Positions 1-19,978 of a DNA stretch of 64,000 bases are shown in pieces. Made by a program: the position numbers and the translations under genes. The notes under the pieces were generated by a model. That model searched no databases, was not told where the DNA came from, and saw only the letters and a list, made by a program, of their open reading frames with translations. The stretch covers positions 13,360,633-13,424,632 of the forward strand of contig OZ037769.1 in assembly GCA_964035545.1 (NCBI GenBank), given 5' to 3'. Numbering within the stretch: the stretch's first letter is position 1; the number at the start of each line of letters is the position of its first letter. Origin of the DNA: Bugula neritina. Its lineage: Eukaryota > Animalia > Bryozoa.

Positions 1-959
1 TGTAACTTTGCCAACATCTACTCTCTCACCTATTTTTTGCTAATACACCTTTTCCTATTATATTTATCTTCAAACATTTTTAGATTGAAGAGTGCTATTT
101 TACCTTGGCTAATATCAAACCGTATAAATATTTTATAATAGTTATAAAAAAGTCATTGTAAATAAAAAATTAAAAATATATCATGGTTGCACTTGATGTA
201 ATGCATAATGCATTGTAGTTTGTACCATTGTTGTGAAAATTTCCTAATGGCAAATGGAAAGCAGTTGGAAATTACAGGTTTTCCATGACTGCAGGCTAGG
301 CTATAAGCTGCCCAACTTGTACTATATCTCACTTATGTTTCAATTATAGATTTATTTATAGCAAAGAATTATTTTTGAGAGCTGCTTGATAAAATGTAGT
401 TTAGGTAGACTTGGGATTAATTGGTTATTGATTAGTAGACTAATCTATGTGTTTTAGTTATAAACAAAAATTATTCCTGTTAAGTTAGATGATTTAAAGA
501 TTATGATTTTTCATATCATTATGTGTGTTGTGTCTTGTATCTCTCTAAGTTTCACAGGCTATTTCTGAGGTTTTAAAGGCTCATTGCCCACAGGGATTCC
601 ACAAAAATAAGCTCTAATATGGTAGTTATCATCTGGTGGTAATGAATATTCAACAAAACATGTTATTTAAGCAATGTTTTGCTACTGTGTTAACATTTTG
701 CTTAGAGCGAATATACCAGTTTATCTAGCATTGAGCAATTAATAAATCCTATATTACAAGACAAAGCCAAAGATAGTTAAAAAGTTACCAAGAAGTTTGG
801 TGTTTTGGCGAGCAAAGTGTATAGGAGAAGGGGGAGGTCTTTGACATGACATGACTATACTAGACTCCTTGGACTAGCATACTATGTTATTACACTATAA
901 CAAGTGACCAAATACTATCTGCTGTTGAACACATCACCAACTGCATCAGTAGTGACACA

Positions 960-1169
960 CAGTGCTCCCTCCATACCTCACGGTTTCATTTCTCAGGAAA
1001 TTCCATAGGTCACAAGGAGGGCTTGGATCCCCATTTTGTGGCTTATGCATGTGTGTATAGGGACAAAAAAGAAATAATTTAGCTGATCCGTGAGTTAAAT
1101 CCGGTATTCTACTATGTCACAAATTGAGGTTTCGGACCCGGAGCTTAGTGAGATACGGAGGGAGCACTG
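960..1169. mobile_element. Tc1/mariner-like MITE, ~210 bp, copy 1
   Basis: TIRs CAGTGCTCCCTCCATACCTCAC ... GTGAGATACGGAGGGAGCACTG, with TA on the right flank. A diverged inverted copy lies at 17333-17537. Confidence 0.75.
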
Positions 1170-1241
1170 TATTCTCCTTAACAGTTTATATTGCACAATC
1201 GTTATGATGAAGTGTAGAATATGTAATTCCTTGATTTCCAG

Positions 1242-4200
1242 AGAAGCTCAAGTCTGATGCTGACAAGATCAGAGAAGATGAATTGCTGACAGAGTTGGTC
1301 AGCGTGGTTCACGAGAGAAGTCAGCTGGTAGACAAGATGGACGACGAGCGTATCAGGTGAGTCTACTTTCACATGTCGTCTGCTTACTCTCTCCGCTCTC
1401 GAAGTATAACTGCACCCCATTATTACCTCCTTTTGGGTGACACCCTATATTATCTACCTTCTCATTAAACTTATTGATGAAAATAAATAAATGAAAAGAA
1501 AATGGTAGCCACCCTACCCTTGTCTCTTGATGTACTGGATAAAGTTCCAGTTTAGAAGTTCTCCACATCTGATGAAGAGACAACATTTCAACAGCCTAAA
1601 TGTGACAGAGTAGTAAATATTTTTTATATATTTCAACAATGTGCTTCACGTTTAACTTAATCAAATAACAGTTATGATGCCCACGCTTTCTTTCTGCAAG
1701 GTTGAAATTGCTTGCAGCAACAACTTTGTAATTTGAATTTAGTCAACAGGCAGTATCTTGAATGAAGTACCATTAATTTAGGAATACTCCTAGACGAATA
1801 TAATTCATCATTGAGTTTAACAGTAAAACTCTGCCCGCTGTTGCTGCCAATACCTGTCCAATCGTATTTTGTGTAACATTACAGACAGCGGCTGGTTGAT
1901 AGCACACCTATGGCTTCGGAGTCGGTGGTTATTAAGTTTTTACAGAAGTTGTTGTCTTCATGTCAGTTCCACCTCCATTGTGTGGCTCTCTGGGTATCCC
2001 ATTGGTTCCAGCTGGCTGAGCAGGCAGGGATATGAATATGAGTAACAGCATATCAACTTAGGCAGTGGTGTATTGCAGAGAGGGGCAGTGGTGTAGCGCA
2101 GAGGGGGCATGTCTTGTTGAGCAGCGTTGTTGTACATCGTGGTGCTTAGCTTCACTTTGAAAAGGTCATCTATAGGCAAAATATCAGTAATTTTGTGATA
2201 AGTTTTGTATTAAAAGTTTCAACTAAAAAAAAGAATTTATTTTATTGGTAAGCCAACAGGTAGTTTGTTTAAACTCCTTCTCTCATTATCTATCTTACAA
2301 TTTTGTGGAATCTTATAATGATTTGACGTTTTTGCATGCTGTTGTTTTACTTTGTCTGCCGCTGTGTTTGCTGCCAGTGTGGTAAGCTGCTGCCTCAGTA
2401 GCTCAGTGGGAGGGGGGGGGAGCGGGGTACACTACTTTTCAAATTGTGATTTGCCAGAGATGGCCCACAGCTTCAAGTTTTCTTCTTTCGCAGCTTATGT
2501 TGTTTATGCGTGCTCATGTCTATACTCATGTCTATACCATGCTCATTAGATATCCAAAGAGTGGACCTAACCACCTCGAATGCATCTACATCTTTAACCA
2601 CAGATATTCCTACACTCTAGATTTAAATATTGCCCTGAGCTCAGGATTATACCAATTATTTCTTTACTCTGGTCTCTGCAGGACCAGAAGCTTCTACATG
2701 GGCACCTTAACGTGTTTCCACAAATTCACTGTTGGCAATGTGCCATGTGCTGTACATTTACTGACACATTTGGAAAGTCATTTCATATATCAATTCATTC
2801 ATCTCCCCTTTTCTATTTCATTTCCTTCTCCTAACAACCACTAGCATTGGCTAATCATATTATAGGTCAAGTTGACTCATAAGTGGCAGCAGTTGAAATG
2901 CTTGCAGGTGATGCTATTGGTCAATCTCACTCATTGTAAGATAAACTCAAACCATGACATATATTTACATCATTCTCAATAGTTTATTTTGCTACGAAAA
3001 GCTAAGATAAAAATTGCTATGAGTATATTAAAATGACTAGAGGATATTCATAAAATTAATATGATAAAAATGCAAATTGTACATAAATCAAATAAGCATA
3101 AATAATAAATAGTTTTAAATATTTATGTATAAATTTTACAGAGTATTTGCTAAGGCTGTTTGTACAGTCAGTTTATCTGAACATCATTGTCTGTCCCTGA
3201 GTGCACTCTGAGATTGCAACTCTACAGTCTGTCCTTTACTACTGGAGGACTCCCCCCATCAGGAGTGTAGGCTACCCCCTCGGGAGTGTAGCCTACCCCC
3301 ATCAGGAGTGTAGGCTACCCCCTGAGGAGTGTAGACTACCCCTGAGGAGTGTAGACTACCCCCTGAGGAGTGTAGACTACCCCTGAGGAGTGTAGACTAC
3401 CCCTCAAGGGTTGGACTACCTCCTGAGGAGTGTAGACTACCCCCTGAGGAGTGTAGACTACCTACTCAAAGATGTGAATCTATTGAATAACTTGGATAAT
3501 ATGGTAGCTGCAGATCTGGCATTCTTCAGAGGGTATATGTGGTCCAGTTTCTTTGAAGATGCTAACAGAGAAATCTTCCTTAAATCTATGTCATTCCCTA
3601 GCGGTAATACAAATGTCTCTACTCCTGTAACAAACGAACCAACTATGTGTACAATGAACATATACATGTACAATGAACATATACATGTACAATAAACTTA
3701 AAAAAATCGAGCTGCTCTTCTAAGGTACTAATCCTTCAGGATATTATTTAAAGAGGATTCTAATGGAGTAGAAATGCTAATTAATATTACAACTTGTGCA
3801 GACCACTAATATAAAGGGGGAGAGGGCATTTGCTCTCTCTGTACACACAGTTGCTCTAACTAACAGCCAATGAGAGCGAATTTGAAGCTTTGAAATCTTT
3901 CTCCGGACTAGAAAGACTTACCAAGTCTCTGGAGTCCCGCCTTGGGGTTAAACAGTCCCAAAGAAGAGGCGTCATCATCTGTGGACTGAGCACTCGACGC
4001 AACTACTAATACTTTCTTGGCAGCTGGGCGAGTTGAATTTGAGAAGTGAGTCACCATCCACATGAGTGCCGTGTTCATGTCGCACCTAGTGAGATCTGCA
4101 GTGGAAATATAGTCATGGAAATATTTTACACAGTTGATTGAATTATGAAGAAAAACTTCATCAATTCCTTTTTAAAAAAAAAAGGAATTGCATTTTTTTA

Positions 4201-7200
4201 GATTTTGGAATATCCCAATTCAAACTAACAGGTTTCAGGTTGAAATCTGATGAATTTTTTTTAAAAAGTAATTTAAGAAATACAATTGGGAGATTAATAA
4301 ACTAATGCATTTTTTAAAAGAAAAAGATTAGCTGTTAATGAAAATCATAACCTCTCACCGTGGTATTTAGACTGTAGTATTAGCTGCCGGGCTTGCTCTC
4401 TGTTCTGTGCACCTTCAAGGGTCATGATTGTCGTCAGGTTGTACGTGTAGGAGAATGTATACATTGCTGTCCGAACTCTTGATGGGAGGTCCGTTCTCGG
4501 CATCATGGCTACCAGGTTCTAAAATATGAAACCGTTATGGTGACCTCTGCGTAAACCATGTTCACATACTGAAACCTTTGTTGATGGCTGAGGATTATCA
4601 TATTGTCTCGTAATTTCTCAAGGGCTAGCTTACATGCCAACTTTTTTGATTGAAACTGTGAGAATGATTAATAAATGTATTTCAGTAATCTTGGATCACC
4701 GGACATTATGTAACGCATACTATTGCCGTATCATTAAGAAGGTGGTTGCGTGCAAACTATGTCTTCCAACTGTATATAATGCAAATGGGTCGCTCTTGGC
4801 ATAGTAAAAATAATATCCGGAAATTTACTGATCTTTTATATTTTCCAACTGCTCAACAGGGGGAAAGTGGGTGAGGACAAAAGGCCGACATCACTTTGAT
4901 TGCATATGATTACATATTACCCGATACTCGAGTGCTATATTGGGACACAGACAAAGACAGGGTCTAATCATGCTTGCTGTTATGGCGTGGCGCAAAAGTG
5001 TTTTTTGCCCGCTAGCAAAATTTTACCGATTTTAATAAACTATTCACATAAACACATAACTGACCTTGTGTAAAAGAACTTGATAGTTTCATGTTTGATT
5101 GAGTCTAATTTTGAACTGATGCCAAAAGTTATTTAATAAGCAATTTTCAACAACGGCTGAATCATTGTTGAATTGCCAAATGGGCTTTGTTAACATAAAT
5201 ACCTAGTAACTGGTTTTCGCTAAATTATTATTGAAGAAAAATAGTAATTTCGTACAAGTTGTAGAAAAATATTCACAAATAGTTCCATTCCTTAACGATT
5301 TTGTGTGGAAATACAAATTTTGCAAGTCAAGAGGCGTAACTCCAAACTTAGCTCTTAGCTGAAGTGCTGGTAAAAACTTCCCTCCCATATAAGTACATAT
5401 ATCAGAATTTAGCATTTGACTATGTTCTAATTGTCACAGCTACATTTAGCCGCTGTTAGATCATTTAATACACTTACAGATAAGAAGTATTTAGCAGTTC
5501 TAAAGTTGTCTGCTCCTGATGCTTGACTAGCGTCCACCAAAAATATCAGATCAATCTCCTTCACATCTGAATAGGAAATTAATACAAAGTATTGGTATTT
5601 TCACCTCTCAGTGCATTGAAACAAAGAGTTAAGCAAACAATCTAAATATGATTTAAAAAGTATTTATACAAACAATGTATTTTAATTGTTAACATTAAGT
5701 TGTACAAAACTCCATAATTTAGCAAGCTTATATTCATCAAAATGTTATATTTTTGGCTTATTGAGATGTTTTTCCATTGTTTTGATTCAATTCAATATAA
5801 ATTAGAGCACATCAGAGCCTACTAATAATACAAAAGATTAGTTAAAATTTTTATATAGCCTATCGAAAAAGTGTAAATTCAACAATTTTTCATTCGGCAC
5901 TAATAAGTTGAATATTAATTCTAAATACTTGGCTAGTATGTAATATACTGACCTGAGTTGAATATAATATTTCTGTAGAAGTTGTTTAATATAGATTTAT
6001 AGACTTTATGGTCGCTCTGTAGAGTTGCTGTTGTAGCCTCACGCACATCTATAGGAAAATTCATGTACTGTTTGGAGTTAGGTCTACCTGTCAGGTAGCT
6101 GGCAGTCTGCACTTTTTCTGCTGATAAAGTGACAAATAAGGCAACTTGTAGTAAATTAATGAGCCTCATGGTTATGGTTAGAGTGCTGGAATATATCTGA
6201 TCCATCGGCTTGCTGCTGTGGGTTTATATAGCAGTACGTATAGATCGTGACTTCTGATTGGTCAGTTTGTTAGCTATTCCTTGATGGTTATAGTTGGTGA
6301 GTAATTCTCCAAAGTGTGTCCCACCTCTATTATATTTGGCTGGCTACCAACACAGACAAACTTCTGCTACTGCAAACTGCTCACCATCTTTTCAATTCCT
6401 TCTCTCTTTTACACTTGTTGTATTAAAAAGATGATGTACTATGTAAAACTTTGCCAATGCGCTATTAGCTGTTACGTAATAGTCGTGTTGTAAGATGTTT
6501 AAGTTGTCAACTTTCCAGCTGCTCTAGGTCTGTAAATCATGTAATTAAAATAATATTATTTTGTTTGGCAACAGCCATACATTGTAGTATATGTGTTCAT
6601 TAATGAAATTGGCAGCACCTCTCCATTGGTCAAATCCTATACCTGCTGCCATGAAATGTTTCAAGTTTCTAAGATATTACATACTGCCTTGTGAGAAACT
6701 GTTCATTTACGCATCAGCTGTCTAGAGTGGGGTTTAATGACTAAGTTCCATTGCCATGTATGTGTATACAACCCCCTCCCCTCTAGTTTCCTTAAAACAT
6801 GTTGAAAACTGCGCTACCTCACTAGTGCCAATGCCTACAGCTTTTTCATTCATTCATAACAATAAAACTCCTCCAAGGTATTGTGCAATCCATAATATAA
6901 TTTACTATTTGGAGTTATCTTCTCAATGAAACTGCTAAAGTTACTTTCAGTAACTAGAGTTTTTGGGTTTTTTCAAGTTTATTCAGAGTCATATATATAT
7001 ATGAAGTGCTTGGCTCAGTGGTACCAGTTTAAGGCTTTTCTGTCACTCATCTGGACACACAGGCTGGTATGTGGAATAGTAACTACCAAAATCAATAATA
7101 GACTCACTTGACTGGCTAGACAGAGAGTAATTAAATAAAATCCGTTTAATGAACCATAGGTCTGTCCAGGTGCAATTCTACTGCTAAGTATGGCATTGCA

Positions 7201-7242
7201 TTACATGGCATGACCAGCATGTGCCCACTGGTCAGTCTGTCG

Positions 7243-7305
<63 letters not shown>

Positions 7306-10110
7306 AATAATAATATTTTAAAAAAACTAGTCAAGTTTTTTGATAAAACATTCTACTTCTAATAGTTTTGAAAGTTAAAATGGTAAGAAGATTTTGTAAA
7401 AGCAAACTCATGAGGTGGAATAGTAAACCATTAGGTATATTTAATTATATGTATTAAGTTGGTTATCTATTTATATATAACCAAGAAAATGATTCTAGTC
7501 AAAATTCTATACAATGCAAGATTGCATAATTTTGTTGAATGAGTAATTTTATTTCACAATAACTTGTCCCATAAGAAAGGCATTATCTGTGCTCAATTTG
7601 GTGCTCATCCTATTCCGCTATGACTCAACTCTATAATGAGATGTGGCAGAGAAGTTTTTGCATCGGAAGTTTTTTGTTTATTGAAACGAGAGGAGTTGTA
7701 GGTGTTGCACCCACCTCTGACACCAGTAATTGATTCTGCTGACTCTGCTGGTGCATGCTGCCGAAGTTAAGATTGCACTTGCCTATGGACAGACTGAAGA
7801 GCTAGTGCTGCCCCCTGGAGAGTTCTCCTCCATTATTTCTAACCCTCGTCTGCGTCACGCTCTCCAGTCTGACTTGAAGCTACACTTCCTTACGCTAATG
7901 GCTTGCAACTGCCTCAGGCTATGTTCAAAGGAGGAAACAGCCAAGCCAAGCGGTCCTACGATTCTTTATCTGATTTTGATATTGCTCTGTCTGTCACCAT
8001 CTGATTTCCAGCCGGTCATTGCCCAGGGAGTCACGCTTCTTCAGCCGTGGTAGATTAATTTACACACTTGTTACTAAAGCTGTTGCCTTTCATTTCCCCT
8101 AGAATATTGTGAACCAACTGTGAAAGTTTTGTTTGACATGCATATATGTTGGAAACACGAGTTAGTGACAATAATAAAGTAAATCACTATGTTGTAGAAC
8201 TTTCTAATGAAAATGCTACTAGTGTTTTAATTACTGACAAATTTGTTGTTGGGTGCAGCAAGATTTATCTGCCCTTGTTGTTATTCTACAGGCAAATCAA
8301 TAATGTTAACACAAAGGCCTGTCTGGTCTGGTACATTAGGAAATTAATAAAAACAGTCTAAATTTTTTCATGATTCATTGTGTCAAATTAATTTGCACTG
8401 CGTCCTTGCATCTGTCTGTTAAAAGACAGGAATTATAGTACCATAAAATATAAATTCAATTAGTTGGGCAGTGGCTCACAGTTGGATATAGTTTCATGTG
8501 CACCAGCCTGCATGCCTCTAATAACATCATGTTATTGTGTCTGCCATATTTTTAGATATTAAGTTTAATGGTACAATAAACATTGGCTGGGAATGTTATC
8601 TTGGTGTCAAAAATTCAACTCAAAGCATTACATCATTTTCTGCACTTTAACTTTGTTTTGCAAGCTTTGTTAATATTTTGCAATAAACACTCATTCAGTA
8701 GAATAACTTGGCTACAGATGGAACTACCTGACCTTTTTAAGCTGTGATTAGACAACCACAAGGTACACTAGTTTTCTCTTAGTGCTCCTCTCTCCCACAG
8801 AAAATTTATAAACTACTCCAAGAAAACTGCATTTTGGTATTTACCACAAAACAATTACATACAAACTTGTTTTTTTAAGTCTTGGGTTTGTTTAAAAGTG
8901 ATTTTTTCACTAGAAAAGTGAAGGATTTTCAACAGTGTTTTGCAACTTTATGCAATCCAGTCAGTTCCGACTCAAAACCAACAACAGTTGGTCTAAGCTC
9001 AGTCGTAATATCTCAACACAATTGCCAATTTAATTTCAAATGCAAGCTAATCTACTTAATAATTACAATATGGTATATTTTTACCACAAAACAAATTTAA
9101 TAGAACAGTTGTATAATTTTCATGGTTTCCTCTTGCAACATTTCTCATAATCTTGCTCCTCCTATATTGAGTTTTCAAAAACGCTCTGGGACCAAAGATC
9201 AGCTCCTACATTTTAATTAAACTGAGACCAATAATATTATGTAATTAATTGAATACAGATGGAGGTCTGTTTTGCCTTCTGGCTGTTACATAACTTCAAG
9301 TTTTTGCTATTTAATTACTCCAGCAGAGTTTAGGATTGTAGGTGTATGTTACTCCAACTTTACTGCTGTCTGCTGGCGCTCACATTACCTAGGGCCTAGG
9401 CAGAAGGTCAGCTCAAGGACAAACTGGCAGCAGTTGTCTGTCAGCGTTTCTTACATTGCATCTGTCTGGGGTAGGGCTAAAAACTACTAAACTGGTGTTG
9501 GGCAATCACTAGGTTTCCACGCTGTGCATTTTGCCAATGGATTTTTCATTCAATGTTTGAAAACAGTTGCATAGAATGAAACTACATTCATAGGAACATA
9601 CATTAATGTGAATAAAGGGAAAACTGAACTCAAGTCCGAAGTAGAGTGGTTCCCTGAATAAAGTCAAACTGTGATAAAATAAATTAAAAATACATTTAGT
9701 TGGCAATGTTTTTTAACACAACTGTTTTTTGCTTGAGAACCTTTGTTTACAGTGAGTCCTGTTCTGAAATGTGCTTGCTTTCTCCTAGATATATAATTTC
9801 TAAGCCTCTCACCCTAGTTAAAAAGATTCTCAATAGGTGAAATCTGCAGTGTTACCAGTTTTATAAGACTTTTTATAGCATATTGCTTCTATTTATATCA
9901 TATTGCTTCCATTTATAGCATATTGCTTCTATTAATAGCATATTGCTTCTATTTATAGCTATTGCTTTTACTTTTAGGCAGCAACAAGAAGATCAAGAAA
10001 TTTATGAAGCTCTCAATTCTAAATTTGATGGAGAAAAACCAGCATCTAAAAAGTCACCAGAAGTTAAGAAATCAAATAAAAAGACAAAAAAGAAAAAAGA
10101 TAAAAAATAA
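1242..10110 (+). CDS. MICALL2: MICAL-like protein (C-terminal bMERB/DUF3585 Rab-binding domain); last two coding exons only, 5' part lies upstream of the window
   Basis: Exon 1242-1356 (ttccag|...ATCAG|gtgagt) encodes (E)KLKSDADKIREDELLTELVSVVHERSQLVDKMDDERIR. It joins in phase 2 to exon 9978-10110 (ttttag|G) encoding QQQEDQEIYEALNSKFDGEKPASKKSPEVKKSNKKTKKKKDKK*. This matches the recalled MICAL-L bMERB ending (K..REQELL...V..V..R..IVD.LDEDRLREQEED). MICALL1 versus MICALL2 cannot be resolved. Confidence 0.8.
3184..6169 (-). CDS. Secreted single von Willebrand factor A domain protein (~223-241 aa), nested antisense in the MICAL-like last intron
   Basis: Exons 6169-6088 (signal peptide MRLINLLQVALFVTLSAEK...), 5566-5478 (DVKEIDLIFLVDASQASGADNFRTAKYFLS), 4518-4359 (..RVRTAMYTFS..), 4095-3922 (..MNTALMWM..RPAAKKVLVVASSAQSTD..) and 3624-3462 (GVETFVLPLGNDIDLRKISLLASS..HIYPL..) are all phase-compatible with GT-AG sites. 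The C-terminus is either the stop at 3458-3460 or a final exon 3241-3184. Confidence 0.8.
3245..3461. repeat. Minisatellite, ~10 copies of a 20-22 bp unit CCCCTGAGGAGTGTAGACTA
   Basis: Tandem units directly visible. Confidence 0.95.
6195..6265 (-). promoter_or_regulatory. Core promoter of the vWA gene (CCAAT box, TATA box, Inr-like)
   Basis: On the minus strand: GACCAATCAG (~6263-6254), TATATAAA (6230-6223) and TCAGAT (6200-6195) about 30 nt after the TATA. This places the TSS near 6198 and the start codon at 6169. Confidence 0.6.
7244..7299. repeat. (TA)n microsatellite
   Basis: Direct observation. Confidence 0.95.
9874..9968. repeat. 19-bp minisatellite (ATAGCATATTGCTTCTATT, ~5 copies) abutting the acceptor of the last MICAL-like exon
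   Basis: Direct observation. Confidence 0.85.
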
Positions 10111-12994
10111 AAAAGATATGGACTGTATAGCCCATAATTCTATGTTATTTACATTCCATGCCGGCGGGCATCTTGTACCCCCCCTACTTTGTATGATTTT
10201 ATCCAAGCCTATGCTACGACAGGTTCAAACCTACGTGAGCCGTGTGAAATAGCTTCATAGAAATCTTTATTACTTTTTAATAGTTTTTATTCTGGGTTTA
10301 TTTTCAAATGGATTCATGCTTATATTATAGTGTCTGGAAGCTGTAACTTTTAACAACTCAATCAAACTTTCTCCAGTAATTCAAGTCTATGGTGTACCGT
10401 GTTTCTTGAGGCACCAGTTGACGGTGATATCCATAAATAATAGAAATGCATAATACTTTTACCCAGTGAGAATTCTGTCATGCAACTGTTACTTGGTGCT
10501 TTATGGAGTATTTTTAATTTCTGGTTTTTAGACATAATTAATTGAAAAACTAAAAATACAGTTTTCGATATGCTCATAATTGTTCGATTGTATGAGATAT
10601 TAATTATATCTCATTCTATCCAAAGAATGCATTTCCTGACGCACATACTCACTTTGATAAATCAGTTAATGTAGATCATTAGTATGCCGGAAATGTTTGT
10701 ATGGTGGGTGATGCTGCACTAAGGACCAAACATATAAGATACAGATATCAGGATATGACACATACGCTGCCTCTAGCTAGAAGCTGCCTTCTGCTGGGCG
10801 TGTTTGAACCACCTCAAGGACGATGTTGGTAACAGGAAGACTACGTGATACTTTCCATAAGTTATTGCAACAAATATTTGTCAAGTTCTATTTTAATGCT
10901 CTTGTGTTAACTTGCCTGTATAATTCAATCACCTTGCAGCTAATAGGAGTTGCAAGATAATGAATAAGAGAAGATAACTTCAAATTAGGTGTAATTCTTG
11001 TGTATAGACAAAAATTACCATTGATTACTAAATTTAACAGCCCTGACTACTATATAATATATAATTGTAGGTATACAGATAATAATAAATAATTATAGAT
11101 ATATAAATAACAATAGCTATGAATATAAATCCAATATCTAATTATTGACATAAGCCTTAATATACGATGGTATACCTAAACCCTTCTCCAATTAGTGTGC
11201 CATTTCTGGAGCTAACCAGGAGAGCACAGCAAATAGCCTAGATTCTAGATTGATGATAATTTAAGCAGGTGTTTGTGAGTTCAATTGGCAAGATAATTTA
11301 CAAGTTTATGAGTAAAAGGAAACAATTTCAAAAAGTTTTATTCTATCTATTTGAAAAAAGAATTTACATAAGCTTATTGCTGAGCTATAAATGACCATAT
11401 TATACATAGATGTGCCAACTACAATTCTCTTTTCTGGTCATGTTATACTTCTGGCAGGGTAATGCAAATGTTTAGCTTTCTCACACCCCAATACCCGACT
11501 ATAAATGATTGTAAAAATTACTAGATGACAAATACAGAAGAGTAAAGGTAGTTCAATTAACTCAATATACCAGTATTCTATCATATGGCTCTTCTTTGTG
11601 TGGTTATAAGAAAGTCAACTGTAGTTCATATAGTTACCACCCCTGTGAGAAACTAAGAACTTGTAGCAAACCAGTTATTAGTCACAATTCTAGGTTCAAG
11701 TTAGAAAAGTATGAGTATACATAGTAGTATTTTAGTCTGTTTTTAAATTAGCTTAAATCTAAACAAAGAAATATATAATAACTGAGCTGTAAATATGATT
11801 GTTATAACAATGCCTAATTGTTGTGCATTGTGTACGTAACTTTCAACACTGGCCAGCAGCCTAACAGGTATTCGTTGTAAACAATCACACAATCATATCA
11901 CATGTTTAGTTAATAATATATAATATGATATCAAAAGTCACACATGTAACACCTGCAGCTCCAAGTAAGATTGAGGTTTGTTCCTTTTTTTTAAATATTC
12001 ATAATAATTTTTAATAGGCTGCAATTATTTATATGTATTATTTACCATAACTATCTCAGATGCTTTGGCAACGTTTATATAATAATATCTTGAATCTTTA
12101 TGCAGGTTTACGTAATTTACAGCACATGCAATGCAAGCTGCGCATGTAAAACATAATTATTAATATTATTGTTTAATGTCATATAATATGTTGAATGTAA
12201 ATTGAATCCAGCATCAATTCATTTCATTGAATATATAAGTTCCAACTAATATTACATATTAGTTTTTCTTCAGTAAACTAGTGTTTGGTATGCAGTTATA
12301 ATATATTACTAATTTTTTTCAAGTATTTGGAAAAATATAAATGATAATAAAATATACTTGCAAAAAGCATTTAAAAGATAATAATTATGTCTCATAATCA
12401 GGCCATAGTAAAATCGAAGTGCTTGCAGTGTAATAATTTAGTAGCAGTTTTTTTAATGAATATAATATACTGTATTTTTTCAGTAATTTCAGATTCAATA
12501 CCATATGGAAAACCTGCGCCTCTTCGCTCTTTTTGTAAATTATTAGATTAGTTGCTGAAAGAACCGTCAGCTTTATTTATACAATACTAGTATTTTTACA
12601 TTATATAATCATCTATTGCTTATTATCTATATAATTATGCATGATCTCTTATATAATAGCAGGGTAGATATGAACTGAAGTGAATTACTAGTTATCTTAT
12701 ATAATAGCAGGATAAATATGAATTGAAAGAAATTGCTAATTATTTTATTTGTTTCTACAGAAAACACATGGTTTCGATATTTTAAAAGCGGTTTATTAAA
12801 TAAAAATATCACAGCTACTACCAACTCACTTTAAGTCCTACAAGTCTACAAAATACTCAGCCCTTACCTCATTTGGGTAAATAAAAATAAGCTGACTAAC
12901 AACAATATATTCATATTTAAGTGTAGGATATACTGTAAGCTTATTGTCTTTGTTAATAGAAAATGGTTTGTCTTTTCGTCCATTTTTCCAATCA

Positions 12995-19831
<6,837 letters not shown>

Positions 19832-19892
19832 GATGTTTAGCTGTTCTAAGCTCTTGCTATATGCTAACTGAGTGTCACTACTGCTGCTGCCG

Positions 19893-19978
19893 CACTGAGA
19901 AATCAGCAGCAGTAACACGCCATATAAGTGTTATCATAAGGGTGAACATGTGTGACAGCATGCAGAAGCTGATTGGTG
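19893..19978 (-). promoter_or_regulatory. Putative AKR core promoter (CCAAT box, TATA-like, Inr TCAGT)
   Basis: On the minus strand: CCAATCAG (19976-19969), TTATAT (~19927-19922) and TCAGT (19898-19894), about 65 nt upstream of the ATG. Confidence 0.45.

Noticed and set aside
1958-2844. ORFs 1958-2179 (-) and 2446-2844 (+) as further exons of the vWA or MICAL-like genes
   Set aside because: No protein-like signature; the vWA gene already terminates upstream and the bMERB continuation is found at 9978.
3245-3461. CRISPR-like appearance of regular repeats (also 13528-13692 and 51917-52270)
   Set aside because: Units are head-to-tail with no unique spacers, there are no cas genes, and the context is eukaryotic.
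6170-6205. ATG at 6205 as the vWA start codon
   Set aside because: It lies only ~18 nt past the TATA box and upstream of the predicted TSS; ATG 6169 begins a proper signal peptide.
7730-8053. 107-aa ORF with a hydrophobic start
   Set aside because: Starts at TTG, has no recognisable domain and no phase-compatible link to neighbouring exons.
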